IMG/VR virus record: IMGVR_UViG_3300042010_000040
Coordinates: 1 to 64,000 of that record
Strand: one strand, 5' to 3'
From: a virus
DNA length: 64,000 nucleotides
This document shows, piece after piece, positions 45,638 to 55,519 of the stretch; the stretch's first letter is position 1; each line of letters begins with the position of its first letter. The position numbers were made by a program, and so were the translations under genes. The notes below the pieces were generated by a model that saw nothing but the letters and a program-made list of their open reading frames with translations, was not told the origin of the DNA and searched no databases.

Positions 45638-46702
45638 TTACAAGTACAGACGAACAACAGCGGCAGGATTGAGCATGGCGTTCAAGAAGTTCTGCTCGGT
45701 CATGATTTCGATGATGTCATCTTTTTCATTCAGGTATTCGAACCAGTACGAACCTTGGGCACGACGGTTGATCGAACCAAAACGGTTAGCCGGAGCGTAG
45801 TAGGTTTTGAACAGATCACGAACACCAACAGGCAGCAAGTAAGCATCACCTTCTGGAATGAACGGTACGAAAGTACCAGCAGCATTCTCGTAACCACCGG
45901 CACCGGCATTGATGAATGTGATACCGAATACAGTCATCTGTTCGAAACGTGCATCCAGACCAGCAACATCTGCACCACCTTTACCCAACAGAATGCTTGT
46001 ACCTTGGCTTTGGTCAACATACTTGAATGCGTCAGTTACGAAAGCATTCTGTTGCAGAGCCATATAGAAGCTGTCGGAGCACAGGCATACGAAGGCACGA
46101 ACAGTACCGGCTTGACCATCACGCAGACCATTACGAACAGCTTTCTTAGCAGTGTTCAGAACAGCACGAGGATCAGCAGCACCTGCGAAGTCAACATCGA
46201 TTTCTTCACGAGTAACATCAAACTCGGTGTAGTAGTTGGTTACTACAGTGCCACGAGGGGCGTAAGCAGTACCACTTACAATCAGTTGCATACGAGCAGC
46301 TTCAAGAGTGAGGGAATGCGCTTCACGCAGATCAATCATCTTGTCAGCACGAACCGAAGCTACAGTTTCCAGCTCAGCAAACTCAGCCAGACTACCACCT
46401 TGAACAATACCATCGATATCATTAGGGGTGATTGCGTCATCAGCAGGGAAGTGAGGGATCTTCAGCAACAGGGAATCTTGTTCACGACCAGCGATGGTCT
46501 GATTACGTTCGTCCCAGTTACGGTCTTCCAGAATGTGACTTTTCTTGGTGTTACGAACAATCTCGATGTTCTTCTGGCTGCGATAGTCAGGAGTAAACAA
46601 ACCGAGAGCGTTAGTGATACCAACAGTATTAGGAACAATGATCAGGGATTCGGTGCGGTCTACAACCTTACCCGGATTGTTGCGGTCAAGTACAATTGCC
46701 AT
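45638..46702 (-). CDS. Major capsid protein (lambda gpE-like family)
   Basis: IPHFP, FDVTREEIDVD, LNPAAVVRL; highly biased codon usage. Confidence 0.92.
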   Translation of the reverse strand: MAIVLDRNNPGKVVDRTESLIIVPNTVGITNALGLFTPDYRSQKNIEIVRNTKKSHILEDRNWDERNQTIAGREQDSLLLKIPHFPADDAITPNDIDGIVQGGSLAEFAELETVASVRADKMIDLREAHSLTLEAARMQLIVSGTAYAPRGTVVTNYYTEFDVTREEIDVDFAGAADPRAVLNTAKKAVRNGLRDGQAGTVRAFVCLCSDSFYMALQQNAFVTDAFKYVDQSQGTSILLGKGGADVAGLDARFEQMTVFGITFINAGAGGYENAAGTFVPFIPEGDAYLLPVGVRDLFKTYYAPANRFGSINRRAQGSYWFEYLNEKDDIIEIMTEQNFLNAMLNPAAVVRLYL

Positions 46703-46730
46703 AGTATTTATAATTCCTTAAGGTCGTAGA

Positions 46731-47195
46731 TTAAACAGTTTTGAGAACTTGGATGCCTTGTTGCTCAAGCAGACCCTTCAGGGTTTCAACTTCAGCGTCA
46801 GACAGATCGGCACCACCATCAACAGCAGCCGACTTAGCTACTTGTTTGATGTAGTATTCTTTGAGTTGCAGAGCACCCGAAGTACCTACAAAACCAACAG
46901 CGTTATATTTACCAGAGGCAATTGCACGAGGAACAAACGAAGGGTTGAACGAGAAATGATCGCCATATACAACAGCGAATTCATTGGTCAGAACCAGTGG
47001 AGCTTCAGAAGCGAGTACGGTCCAAGCAGCAGTAAGATCGGCAGACTTGGCACGATAAACTACAGTACCCATACGGATAGCTGGAGTGATTGGAGTGATA
47101 TTCAGATCACGGCGGCTGTAACCAACCGAGGGGTCCATCTCATGGACAACCAGATCAGAGAAGCGTTGTACGAAAGTTTCAGCAACGAAAGGCAT
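46731..47195 (-). CDS. Capsid decoration/stabilising protein
   Basis: RFSDLVVHEMDPSVGYSR, between protease and MCP. Confidence 0.75.
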   Translation of the reverse strand: MPFVAETFVQRFSDLVVHEMDPSVGYSRRDLNITPITPAIRMGTVVYRAKSADLTAAWTVLASEAPLVLTNEFAVVYGDHFSFNPSFVPRAIASGKYNAVGFVGTSGALQLKEYYIKQVAKSAAVDGGADLSDAEVETLKGLLEQQGIQVLKTV

Positions 47196-47219
47196 ATTTG
47201 TTTCCTTTAAATAATGTAA

Positions 47220-48563
47220 TTAGATCAAGCCAAGTTTTTGTTTGATAAGATCTTCGGTAGAAGTTTTAGCTTTCGAGGTAGTCTCTACAACGGCTTCAGT
47301 ACCTTGGTCGCCAATCTCTGTAAACATATCAGATGCTTCAAGAGCTTGTTTCTGTGCAGCAAAACCACTCAGAACAGTTTCAAATGCCGAGTCGTCCAGA
47401 GAAGCCAAGGACGTGCTAACGGCCTCCACTTTGTCAGCGGACATAACAGCGGCAAGTGCAGTCTTGCGACTGGTCATTTTTACGGCTACAGCAGCAGCTT
47501 CAGCAGAGGCTACTTGAGCAAGTGCTTCAGTCAGGGCTGCTTCTTTTTCTGCAAATGCAGATTGGAGAGTAGTCAGGGTTTCTTTGACAGAGGTAAGCTC
47601 TGCTACTTGGCCTTCGTACTGTGCAAGTTGTGCTTGCAATTCAGCGAGTTGCGACATATCCAGAGTTTCCTCATTGGTTTTCATATTAAATAGCTTATTC
47701 TTAAGCATACTGTTTCCTTCGGGTCTTTGAGCCGTATCGGCCAAATAGTTATAGAACTGATCCACAGTCATGGAACTATCAGCCAAACCAAGCTCAATTG
47801 CTTCTTTCGCAAGGAAAGTACGCGCTTGTGTCGATTTAACTGTCTCTACAGTGAGGTTACGGTGTGTCGCAACAAACTCTGTAAATTCGGTGTACAAAGT
47901 GTCAACTTTGGATTGGATATCACTAATGAAGTCTGGGCGGAAAGAACCATCATCTGCAAAAGGTGTTTTAGATTCACCAGCAAATACATAAGTGCGCTCG
48001 TAGCCTTCCATTTCAAGAGCTTTGCTATCGTTCATGAGTCTCACGACTACCCCAATACTACCCAACTCACTTTGACTATTAGTAATAACTTCATCAGCAA
48101 TTGCAGTCAGAGCGTAGCCAGCGCTTGCACTGAGCCCATCGACATATGCAAGAATCCTTACACCGTTATCATCAGCAAGTTTACGCAAGTAGTTTGCTGT
48201 ATCGAATACCGAGTAAGCTTCACCACCGGGGCTGTCCACAATGAAGGCGATGGTTTTAGCACCAGCATCCACCATAGCTGAGAAGTCTTCTTTCAAACCT
48301 TCGTATGAAGTACCACCGCAAAGGGCAGCAAACATTGTCGGCTTGTAGGTAAGAGGACCACTAATCTCAATAACACCAGTTTGAATATCAGCGTTATAAG
48401 TGAGTTGTTTTGGCTCACCATCAAAGAGAGCTTCAGGGGAAGTTTCAACATCACCAGAGCAACGCTTGTTCACATAATCAACAATAGTCTCAAACGAGCT
48501 AGAATCAATCATGTGAGGAACGTTGACAATTTTACTTTTCAGACGTAACAAGCTATGAGCCAT
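47220..48563 (-). CDS. S49 prohead protease with C-terminal scaffold
   Basis: DSPGGE, SASAGY, GSIGVV, coiled-coil tail. Confidence 0.92.
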   Translation of the reverse strand: MAHSLLRLKSKIVNVPHMIDSSSFETIVDYVNKRCSGDVETSPEALFDGEPKQLTYNADIQTGVIEISGPLTYKPTMFAALCGGTSYEGLKEDFSAMVDAGAKTIAFIVDSPGGEAYSVFDTANYLRKLADDNGVRILAYVDGLSASAGYALTAIADEVITNSQSELGSIGVVVRLMNDSKALEMEGYERTYVFAGESKTPFADDGSFRPDFISDIQSKVDTLYTEFTEFVATHRNLTVETVKSTQARTFLAKEAIELGLADSSMTVDQFYNYLADTAQRPEGNSMLKNKLFNMKTNEETLDMSQLAELQAQLAQYEGQVAELTSVKETLTTLQSAFAEKEAALTEALAQVASAEAAAVAVKMTSRKTALAAVMSADKVEAVSTSLASLDDSAFETVLSGFAAQKQALEASDMFTEIGDQGTEAVVETTSKAKTSTEDLIKQKLGLI

Positions 48564-50170
48564 TATTCATATCCTAGTTCTTGCCAATCTTCTAAGGAGT
48601 ACGTAGTAACAACCCCAGCCATCTTGACTTTAATGTATTCGGAATCTCTTGAGATAACCTCGTAGACCGTTCTTTGTATATTTGCGTTAGCGTTGTTAGC
48701 TGTTGAGGCATCCCCAGAAGATCCATTAGAACCACCAGTGCCGTTAGACATACCTTCTACCATCCCTGCACCACTGTTAGAAGTTTCTGGTGTAAGTTGT
48801 TTAGAAAGTTCTTCTACAGACAATTCTTCATCCACTTTGTAAGGGATGTTAGCTTGATCCATAATCCAATTGACAACTTTTGGTGCTTTCGGAATTAGGC
48901 CAACTGCTGCTGTACGTTGAATAAACTTAGAGATTTCATCAAGACTAACTTTACCAATCTCACCGTACGTCCACTCTGGCATAACTTCTGTTGACCAACC
49001 ATTTAACTGGAACAGTTGTTTGGCAAGGTCAAAGTTAAGTTGAGTTTTAATCTCATCCAGTTTAGATTGAATAGCCATCTCTACTACGCTGATTTTAGAT
49101 TCAGCAAGAGAGAAGCTACCGGAACCATTACTACCAAGAGTCAAGAAGTCTGCAAACAAAGCAGTAAGAATCTCTGCTGTGTAACGCTGAATAATAAGGT
49201 TTGTATCATAAGACTTTTGTCCAGTTACAGACATAATCTCAAACTCAAACATTTTCTTGCCATCTTGGTCAAGGATAAGGGGGAGAATCAAACCAGACTC
49301 TTTAGCCTGATGCATGTTCTTGATTACAGTTTTGTAATGTTCGAACACCGCTTTATCTTCAACAGTTGCGGTTTCAGTCATATACTGAGGTGGCAAGTAA
49401 AGCACTTTAAACCCGTTCGAATCTTGAGCCACGGAGATAGCCTCCGACTCTTGATAAGCTGTCTTGTACTTCCAAGCTGTCCAACAACCAACCAAAGGAG
49501 ATTGGCCTTCGGGGCTATCTTTTATGGGATTTGAGCGGAACAACATGAACTTTTTACGCGGGATGAACTTAATGTTAGTATCGTTAAATTCGGCTACTTC
49601 TTGATAGGAATTTATAGCCCGATTACTTGGGATATTAACGCACTGATTCAAACCAGCAAGGTCACGGCCTTTATTCTTGAATACCCAACTGTCAATTGAG
49701 TCTTGTGAACGCAAAGGAAGTTTACGAATACCAATTAGGCCATCATTATACATCGAGCCTTTTTCTTTGTATCTTTGACGATAAACCTTCTCTACCGGTG
49801 CAAAACCATAACGGTTGAAGCTCACAGCTTGCTTAATAAAGGACTTAAAATCGTGTTCCATATCATTCATACATTGACGCATGAATATGGCTTTATCTTT
49901 CAACTCTTCTTCGTAGCCTTCTGGAATCTTTACTGTCCAGTCAACACGAGAAATCATCATCTCAACATACGCAAGAGCTGGGGCAATGGCACCATCTTTT
50001 TCCATACGTTTAAAGGTCTTAATTGCTTGTGGCCAACGTAGTTCGCTAGCGCACTCCTCAAGAATTTCGCCACCTAAAACCCGAAGATTATTAAATCCAG
50101 TTTCACCAAGAGCAAGAGTTGGAATATCATTTTCCCCAGCCTCTAGGGAGATTTCTGCTTCGTCAGCCAT
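48563..50170 (-). CDS. Portal protein
   Basis: YGFAPVEKVY, PEGQSPL, GSFSLAESK; between TerL and the protease. Confidence 0.9.
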   Translation of the reverse strand: MADEAEISLEAGENDIPTLALGETGFNNLRVLGGEILEECASELRWPQAIKTFKRMEKDGAIAPALAYVEMMISRVDWTVKIPEGYEEELKDKAIFMRQCMNDMEHDFKSFIKQAVSFNRYGFAPVEKVYRQRYKEKGSMYNDGLIGIRKLPLRSQDSIDSWVFKNKGRDLAGLNQCVNIPSNRAINSYQEVAEFNDTNIKFIPRKKFMLFRSNPIKDSPEGQSPLVGCWTAWKYKTAYQESEAISVAQDSNGFKVLYLPPQYMTETATVEDKAVFEHYKTVIKNMHQAKESGLILPLILDQDGKKMFEFEIMSVTGQKSYDTNLIIQRYTAEILTALFADFLTLGSNGSGSFSLAESKISVVEMAIQSKLDEIKTQLNFDLAKQLFQLNGWSTEVMPEWTYGEIGKVSLDEISKFIQRTAAVGLIPKAPKVVNWIMDQANIPYKVDEELSVEELSKQLTPETSNSGAGMVEGMSNGTGGSNGSSGDASTANNANANIQRTVYEVISRDSEYIKVKMAGVVTTYSLEDWQELGYE

Positions 50171-51625
50171 TTAAGCTCCTGCATTAAGGAAGGGGTTAGA
50201 TTGAGTTAAGTTTGCGGATAGTAAGCCGGAGGAGAAGTTTGGAATTTGTAACTTCTGGGCAAGGGTGATAAATGCATCACTTGTGGCGTCCACTTGGTCA
50301 TCCTTGTTCTTACGGCTCCCATCGAAACTCTCCAACTCATCAAAATAAGTGTCTGTCCAAGGCGCTTCGATATAATCAACAAGTCCGGCTTCAGCAGCTG
50401 CTGCGAATGGTTGGAATCTGATAATCTTGCTCTTATTAGAAGGACGCATTCTAGCGTAGAAACCTTCCGACAAAAGTTCTTTAATCATCATTTGTCCGGC
50501 AGCCTTCCCAGCTTGGCCCGGTTCTTGTGGGAGTATAATTTGAGTACCATCAGGATCAGATCCAGCAGTCTCAATTATCTTTGCCATAACTTCGCCAAAT
50601 CTTGCACGAAACCTAACAACATCAATTACAATATAACGACCTTGTTTTGTCTTACCAATAAGGACGCCAGCAGTCCAGTCCGGATTTGGTAGTGCCTCAC
50701 TAGGGATCGAACCGGCTATATCCCACGCACGACAGTAAGATATAATCTCTTTATCAAACAGATTAACTTTACCACAGAATTCTTTTTTCATGAATCCCGC
50801 TGCACTTTCCCTTACGAACCAATTGCCTTCCAGCAATCTTTTTCGTTCGGTGCCGCGAAGACCTTTGAGCCAAGCTACATACTTAGGGTTAACCTCTTCT
50901 ACAATTTTATTGTCATAAACGTTAGCACTAATGAAGGTAAAAGATAGAGCATCTTGCTCTCTTACACCATATTCAGCTAGAAGTTGCTCTTTAGTATCAG
51001 CCCAAACAAAGTCACCATCCATGAAAGAAAAGTATCTCAACATCCCATCTTTTGAACGGTCAGGAGTACCATCTTCTTGCAGGTAAGGCTCTACCCACTT
51101 ACGAAGTCCATGATCTGCATCAGGGTTACATGTGATTTTAAGGTGGGGTTTGATCGAAGGACAAGAGGGGTTCCGCATACGAGACATGATATATTGTATC
51201 ATATACATCGTATATTGGGTTCCCTCGTCTATATAGAAAAGATTTGCCTCAGACCCTTGCCAGTTTACATCAGCTTGGTCGTTTTCAAAGTGCTTTAAAT
51301 ATATTTCAGCACCACTAGCATGGAACACGAACTTACCATCCTTCGCACGCCATGTATATTCATCTGGTTTATATGCTTGACTAAAGACACGTTTACATTT
51401 AGTAAGTAGACCACCCGGACCATTAAGCTGTGGTGTTGTACGACGGGTCATCACACCAATAAAGTTAGGGATATCCGTGTACTTCAAGAAGTCAATAACG
51501 CCAATTTCACTTTTTCCGCTCGCGGCTGCGCCACCGAATAAGGTTACGTCAGCCTCCGAGGCGATATACATACTTTGGCGTAATGAACACGGGCCGGGTA
51601 ACTTTTTCTGAACAACTTCAGCCAC
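50171..51625 (-). CDS. terL: Terminase large subunit
   Basis: GGAAASGKS, YIDE, TCNP, RAWD, DDQVDA; GTG at 51625 behind GAGGAGG. Confidence 0.93.
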   Translation of the reverse strand: MAEVVQKKLPGPCSLRQSMYIASEADVTLFGGAAASGKSEIGVIDFLKYTDIPNFIGVMTRRTTPQLNGPGGLLTKCKRVFSQAYKPDEYTWRAKDGKFVFHASGAEIYLKHFENDQADVNWQGSEANLFYIDEGTQYTMYMIQYIMSRMRNPSCPSIKPHLKITCNPDADHGLRKWVEPYLQEDGTPDRSKDGMLRYFSFMDGDFVWADTKEQLLAEYGVREQDALSFTFISANVYDNKIVEEVNPKYVAWLKGLRGTERKRLLEGNWFVRESAAGFMKKEFCGKVNLFDKEIISYCRAWDIAGSIPSEALPNPDWTAGVLIGKTKQGRYIVIDVVRFRARFGEVMAKIIETAGSDPDGTQIILPQEPGQAGKAAGQMMIKELLSEGFYARMRPSNKSKIIRFQPFAAAAEAGLVDYIEAPWTDTYFDELESFDGSRKNKDDQVDATSDAFITLAQKLQIPNFSSGLLSANLTQSNPFLNAGA

Positions 51626-52781
51626 TTGTGGCCTCCTCAATGTATTTAATAATCAAGTCTTTAGCTTCATTACTAAAGCATTCAGTGTAACCTGTGAACT
51701 TCTTAGTTGGTTTATAGTAATAACCAAGAGATTTTAATTCCCGCATAATCTTTCTTTCAAGATTTGCAGAGTCTATATTAATCATCTCTTTTTCATATAC
51801 AAAGTTATAGTCATAAATATCTTTTTGGCGTTTATAAACCTTTTCCCGACCTTTCTTATTACAAGTAATACCGAGTTTCAGGAAAGATTCCTTGCCGTCT
51901 GACATTTCAACAATATAAATTGAGCCAACTCTTTGACCAAGCTCTGTATCTTCAGTGTACCGGTCAACCATATTATAAGTTGTTTTGTCGTAAGTACATT
52001 GGGCACAACCTTTACCTTTTACATGGCAAAGTGGACGTTGTTCAAAAATACCATGCACATCACAAACAATTTTAACTTTAGTTTCTGTATTTACATATTC
52101 TGCAAAATCATATGAATACTTATCTTTGTGAGTTTGTTTTGCTCTTTCGATAAAGTACTCAGTCGTGTATTCTGAATAGCGTTGAAGCAAACTTCTCTCG
52201 ACACCACACTTAGGACAACCATTACCATACATATGGGGTCCGGCAGATTGCGTGAACTCACCATGTTCTGGACAGCCAATTACAACTTTCTGAGTGAAAC
52301 CTTTAGTTAAGATAACTTTAGAATAGTCATATTTATGTTCATGGAATTCCGCACTCTTAACTAGAAAGTCTTCTTGAGATAATCTCTGCTTTTCTACACT
52401 GCACTCTGGACATCCACGGGATACCAAGTGGTGTGCTACCGTCTGACTGAAAACACCATGCTCTTTACAAATGATATCAATTTTACTTGTAGTTTTGGTT
52501 GTTGTTACTAAAGAGTAGTCAAACTTGTTTTGGTGTATTGCGGAGGCTTCAACAACAAAGTCCTCAATAGAGCGCTTGAGTGGAATAGACTCATGAACAC
52601 AATGGCGACAACCTGCACCTTTCAGGTGAGAGTCAGTTCGCTGAACAAATATACCATGATCTTTACATTCAATATCAATGTAATATCTTGGACCTCTTGC
52701 TTCCCAAGCAACATATTTATATTTGCTGTCGTGTATGTTGTTTGCTTTTTCTACAAACTTTTCAAAATTAAATTCTGGCAA
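51618..52781 (-). CDS. Endonuclease with four CxxHG...CxxC repeats and a C-terminal GIY-YIG-like domain
   Basis: CKDHG/CKEHG/CPEHG/CDVHG repeats, IYIV...KLGIT...GYTECF. Confidence 0.8.
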   Translation of the reverse strand: MPEFNFEKFVEKANNIHDSKYKYVAWEARGPRYYIDIECKDHGIFVQRTDSHLKGAGCRHCVHESIPLKRSIEDFVVEASAIHQNKFDYSLVTTTKTTSKIDIICKEHGVFSQTVAHHLVSRGCPECSVEKQRLSQEDFLVKSAEFHEHKYDYSKVILTKGFTQKVVIGCPEHGEFTQSAGPHMYGNGCPKCGVERSLLQRYSEYTTEYFIERAKQTHKDKYSYDFAEYVNTETKVKIVCDVHGIFEQRPLCHVKGKGCAQCTYDKTTYNMVDRYTEDTELGQRVGSIYIVEMSDGKESFLKLGITCNKKGREKVYKRQKDIYDYNFVYEKEMINIDSANLERKIMRELKSLGYYYKPTKKFTGYTECFSNEAKDLIIKYIEEATSG

Positions 52782-52789
52782 AACTTTAA

Positions 52790-52867
52790 CCTCTGATTAG
52801 GTATTTAATAGGCGAGAGCTAGCTAACTGAATCAGCAGTTAGCGGGGATGGCCATCCTTTCGCTCTC
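52790..52867 (-). ncRNA. Candidate cis-regulatory three-way-junction RNA with a pseudoknot onto the RBS
   Basis: gagagc/gctctc closing stem, ggat-ggcc-atcc, gctaactg-ctgatt-cagttagc; the loop is complementary to aatcag at the SD. Confidence 0.5.
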
Positions 52868-52878
52868 ATTGTATTTCT

Positions 52879-53241
52879 TTACTCAGCTTCTTCCGAAGCC
52901 TTTTCACCACCATCACATGTGGCAAGATATTGCTTGATCATTTTCGATTTATCGCGACCTTTAATACCCCGACGGGCAAGGATTGGTCGGATTTCCTCGA
53001 TAGGCATATCTTCAAGTTGTTCTTTCGTATAATTTTCTTGAATTACTTGATAACGAAAACCCGGACTATCTTCCAACATATCTTTGCTTTCAATGTACAT
53101 CCAGCAACTATGCGGATAACTCAGTCGTGGTACTTTGTCTTCTTGGAGGATAGCGCCTTTATTAGAGGCTTCTACCACATTCTTCATGAAGTCGTAGCCG
53201 AGGCTATCATTGCCTGTGACGTACAGCATATATCGATTCAT
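52879..53241 (-). CDS. Hypothetical protein
   Basis: GGAGAG SD, 120 aa. Confidence 0.7.
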   Translation of the reverse strand: MNRYMLYVTGNDSLGYDFMKNVVEASNKGAILQEDKVPRLSYPHSCWMYIESKDMLEDSPGFRYQVIQENYTKEQLEDMPIEEIRPILARRGIKGRDKSKMIKQYLATCDGGEKASEEAE

Positions 53242-53277
53242 TTAAATTCTCTCCGTTATGTTCAATTCATAAAAGAG

Positions 53278-53307
53278 ATATTACGCTACACAACAGTGGT
53301 TTGTCAA
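53278..53307 (-). promoter_or_regulatory. Probable sigma70 promoter
   Basis: TTGACA-18-TAATAT. Confidence 0.55.
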
Positions 53308-53386
53308 GCTTATTACAAATATATTTAAACTATTTCAAGCTGTCTTAACAAATAACTCTATATTCCAAGAGTTATCTATAAATCAG

Positions 53387-53677
53387 CTATGTAACTCTAA
53401 TATTCACCCTACCATACCCACTCAGCCAACATCCTGATTGAGATGCAGCTACTTGCGCAGACTGCCCCACGGCTATCTTAATACCGTCACTAATTTCAAC
53501 AGGAGGTTTTTCAGATTTAACAAATACATAGAGATAGTCTGTAGTTTTGTTTTGGATAGTGATCGCAGTTCCTGACGGAATAGCTGAAAGCTCATAGGCA
53601 TTCTCCCACTCCAATCCGGAAAGAATTACGTCTTCTTTTGTATCCCCAGAAATTACTATTACATTTTCCATAGACAC
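53387..53677 (-). CDS. Small beta-rich protein, paralogous to the N-terminus of the upstream gene
   Basis: WENAYELSAIPSGTAITIQNK vs WTNLYTASGITVGTQVEVHNK; start may be a few codons later. Confidence 0.7.
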   Translation of the reverse strand: MSMENVIVISGDTKEDVILSGLEWENAYELSAIPSGTAITIQNKTTDYLYVFVKSEKPPVEISDGIKIAVGQSAQVAASQSGCWLSGYGRVNIRVT

Positions 53678-53678
53678 C

Positions 53679-54758
53679 TCAAACTAACGCTAATGTTGCA
53701 GCAGAGTACATCGTGCCAAGAAAGGCTGCCGTAACGCTGGTGTCGTTAGTTGATGCTGACAACACCCTAATAGCAAAATCTGTTTTCTCTGCTACGATAA
53801 TTCCGGGGTCTCCCTCATGCCGGTAAGGTGTGACCTGACTGACAGCAACTTCAAGGGGCATTCTATAGAAACCTAGTGGGGACTGGAAGACCGTAGCCAT
53901 AGTAACAGTCCTATCTACGCCACCTGATCTTGTCTGGGCGAATAGTATTGAGTGGACGCTTAGGGTGTGCCCTGCTGGGACTGTGTAGACAGCTTGTCTT
54001 GCTAATCCGAACCCTGCTGGGATCTGTCCTCTGATTGTACCCCCACCGGAATCGCGAACGTTGATATCGCCTACGTTAACCTTGGTAGTGCCAGCACTCA
54101 TAATTAGTATCGAGTTAATCCTGAACAATTGAAGTGGAACTGCCACAGGCGTTGTACCATTCAGTGTAATAGTTTGGTTAACTTCGACATAGTTGATATC
54201 AAGACCAAAGATGGTGATTGTTCTAGCACCTACACCGGCAGCGGCGTCACTCGTACTAGTTGATACTACTTCAAGACTCGTAGCCGCTGTCATCCACGGG
54301 TAAAGCCCACCAACAGACCATACATCCTCTGGTAGCGAAGCTTGGTCAACATCGGGGTTGCTACCTAGACCAGTCACCCTGCGGACACCCGGTACAAGGC
54401 CAAGCCCAACAGCAGTGTAGAAATCCATGCCTTTAGGGTGAACGTTTGTAGTCCACAGAGAACCGTTGCTACTCTTTTCAAGGGCCTTTTCTTGCACTAA
54501 AAGAGTTGTAGCAGAGTTAGGAGAGTAAGCCCACAGACCAACCTCACCGGGAGCAATCTCTAGTGGATCTGCCTCTGGAAATGCTGAGAGATGATAGCCG
54601 TCCACGGTTGTTGGGGCTGCTAACGATGTAGCAATTTTACAGAATGAAGTGCTCTTGTTATGCACTTCTACTTGTGTACCGACAGTGATGCCAGAAGCTG
54701 TGTAGAGGTTTGTCCAAACTCCTTTTGGTACTACAACATCTACTCTTGTTATCGCCAT
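53679..54758 (-). CDS. Putative virion structural protein (beta-rich)
   Basis: TGLGSNPDVD, GARTITIFGLD, AVYTVPAG, IVAEKTD; GGGAG SD. Confidence 0.65.
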   Translation of the reverse strand: MAITRVDVVVPKGVWTNLYTASGITVGTQVEVHNKSTSFCKIATSLAAPTTVDGYHLSAFPEADPLEIAPGEVGLWAYSPNSATTLLVQEKALEKSSNGSLWTTNVHPKGMDFYTAVGLGLVPGVRRVTGLGSNPDVDQASLPEDVWSVGGLYPWMTAATSLEVVSTSTSDAAAGVGARTITIFGLDINYVEVNQTITLNGTTPVAVPLQLFRINSILIMSAGTTKVNVGDINVRDSGGGTIRGQIPAGFGLARQAVYTVPAGHTLSVHSILFAQTRSGGVDRTVTMATVFQSPLGFYRMPLEVAVSQVTPYRHEGDPGIIVAEKTDFAIRVLSASTNDTSVTAAFLGTMYSAATLALV

Positions 54759-54763
54759 ATTGC

Positions 54764-55100
54764 TATCTCCCTTTAAGAGATGGTTCTTCTAAATTCGTTA
54801 GAACCTTATTGTTATTGTTACAAAAGGGAAATTGTATACGTGGTAGGTAATTCGTACCACTCAGCTCAATTATATTAATAAATATAATTGTGTATAAAAT
54901 AAATGTATTAGCACCCACGCTACCATGGTCTAATAACTCTCTGAATGCAAAATCACTCAGCTTCTCCACTCGGTAGCTTACCTACCAGCATTTGTGTGGT
55001 TCGCCAGAACCACGGGCTTCCGAACTAGGCAGCTCAGAAATTCTTTTGAATAACATAAATCCCGAACGATATCACTACGACTGATTTCGTGCGAGTTTCT
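54764..55100 (-). ncRNA. Candidate structured RNA downstream of the putative TerS
   Basis: At least 8 consecutive hairpins; internal G-U pairs occur on the minus strand. Confidence 0.5.
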
Positions 55101-55102
55101 TG

Positions 55103-55507
55103 TTATTCATCTTCATCAGGTTCAACGAATACTAGTGACAGACGTGGTTTCATTTCGGCCTTGATCTGCTCAGGAGATTGCTCTTCCTCTTCAGTATCAC
55201 GCTTACCTTCTGCACGAGCTTTGAAGTTTGTAATCTCATCGCTGCTAGCTGCTTTTTCAACGCTGACAATGGAATTGATAATCCACTTTGCGCTTGCGAC
55301 AGACTCAGAGTTTACATTTTCATTCTTAAGACTCTTATCAATCAAAGCTAGAGCAATATCTTCGCGTTCACGAAGCTTGTCAGCCAGTTCACGCAGTTTA
55401 CTCTTTTTGATTCGAACCTTACTGTTTCCCGAAGTGTTTCTGTTTGAACGTGGCCCATCAAACCTAGTATCTGGGCTAGGATTCGGGTTTGTAATTTTCT
55501 TAGCCAT
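55103..55507 (-). CDS. Putative terminase small subunit
   Basis: TRFDGPRSNR..G basic N-terminus, helical core, acidic tail, near TerL. Confidence 0.55.
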   Translation of the reverse strand: MAKKITNPNPSPDTRFDGPRSNRNTSGNSKVRIKKSKLRELADKLREREDIALALIDKSLKNENVNSESVASAKWIINSIVSVEKAASSDEITNFKARAEGKRDTEEEEQSPEQIKAEMKPRLSLVFVEPDEDE

Positions 55508-55519
55508 AAATGTTACCTA

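Noticed and set aside
45755-46729. 324-aa plus-strand ORF and similar long antisense ORFs (6533-7099, 11970-12818, 30047-30679, 40693-41355, 47727-48281)
   Set aside because: Shadow ORFs opposite well-supported genes with biased codons; no SD or motifs
52814-52867. Hammerhead reading of the three-way junction (contains GAAA and CUGA)
   Set aside because: CUGA lies in a hairpin loop, not the junction, and there is no CUGANGA core
54763-54969. 68-aa minus-strand ORF
   Set aside because: Weak start context, atypical composition, overlaps a dense hairpin array
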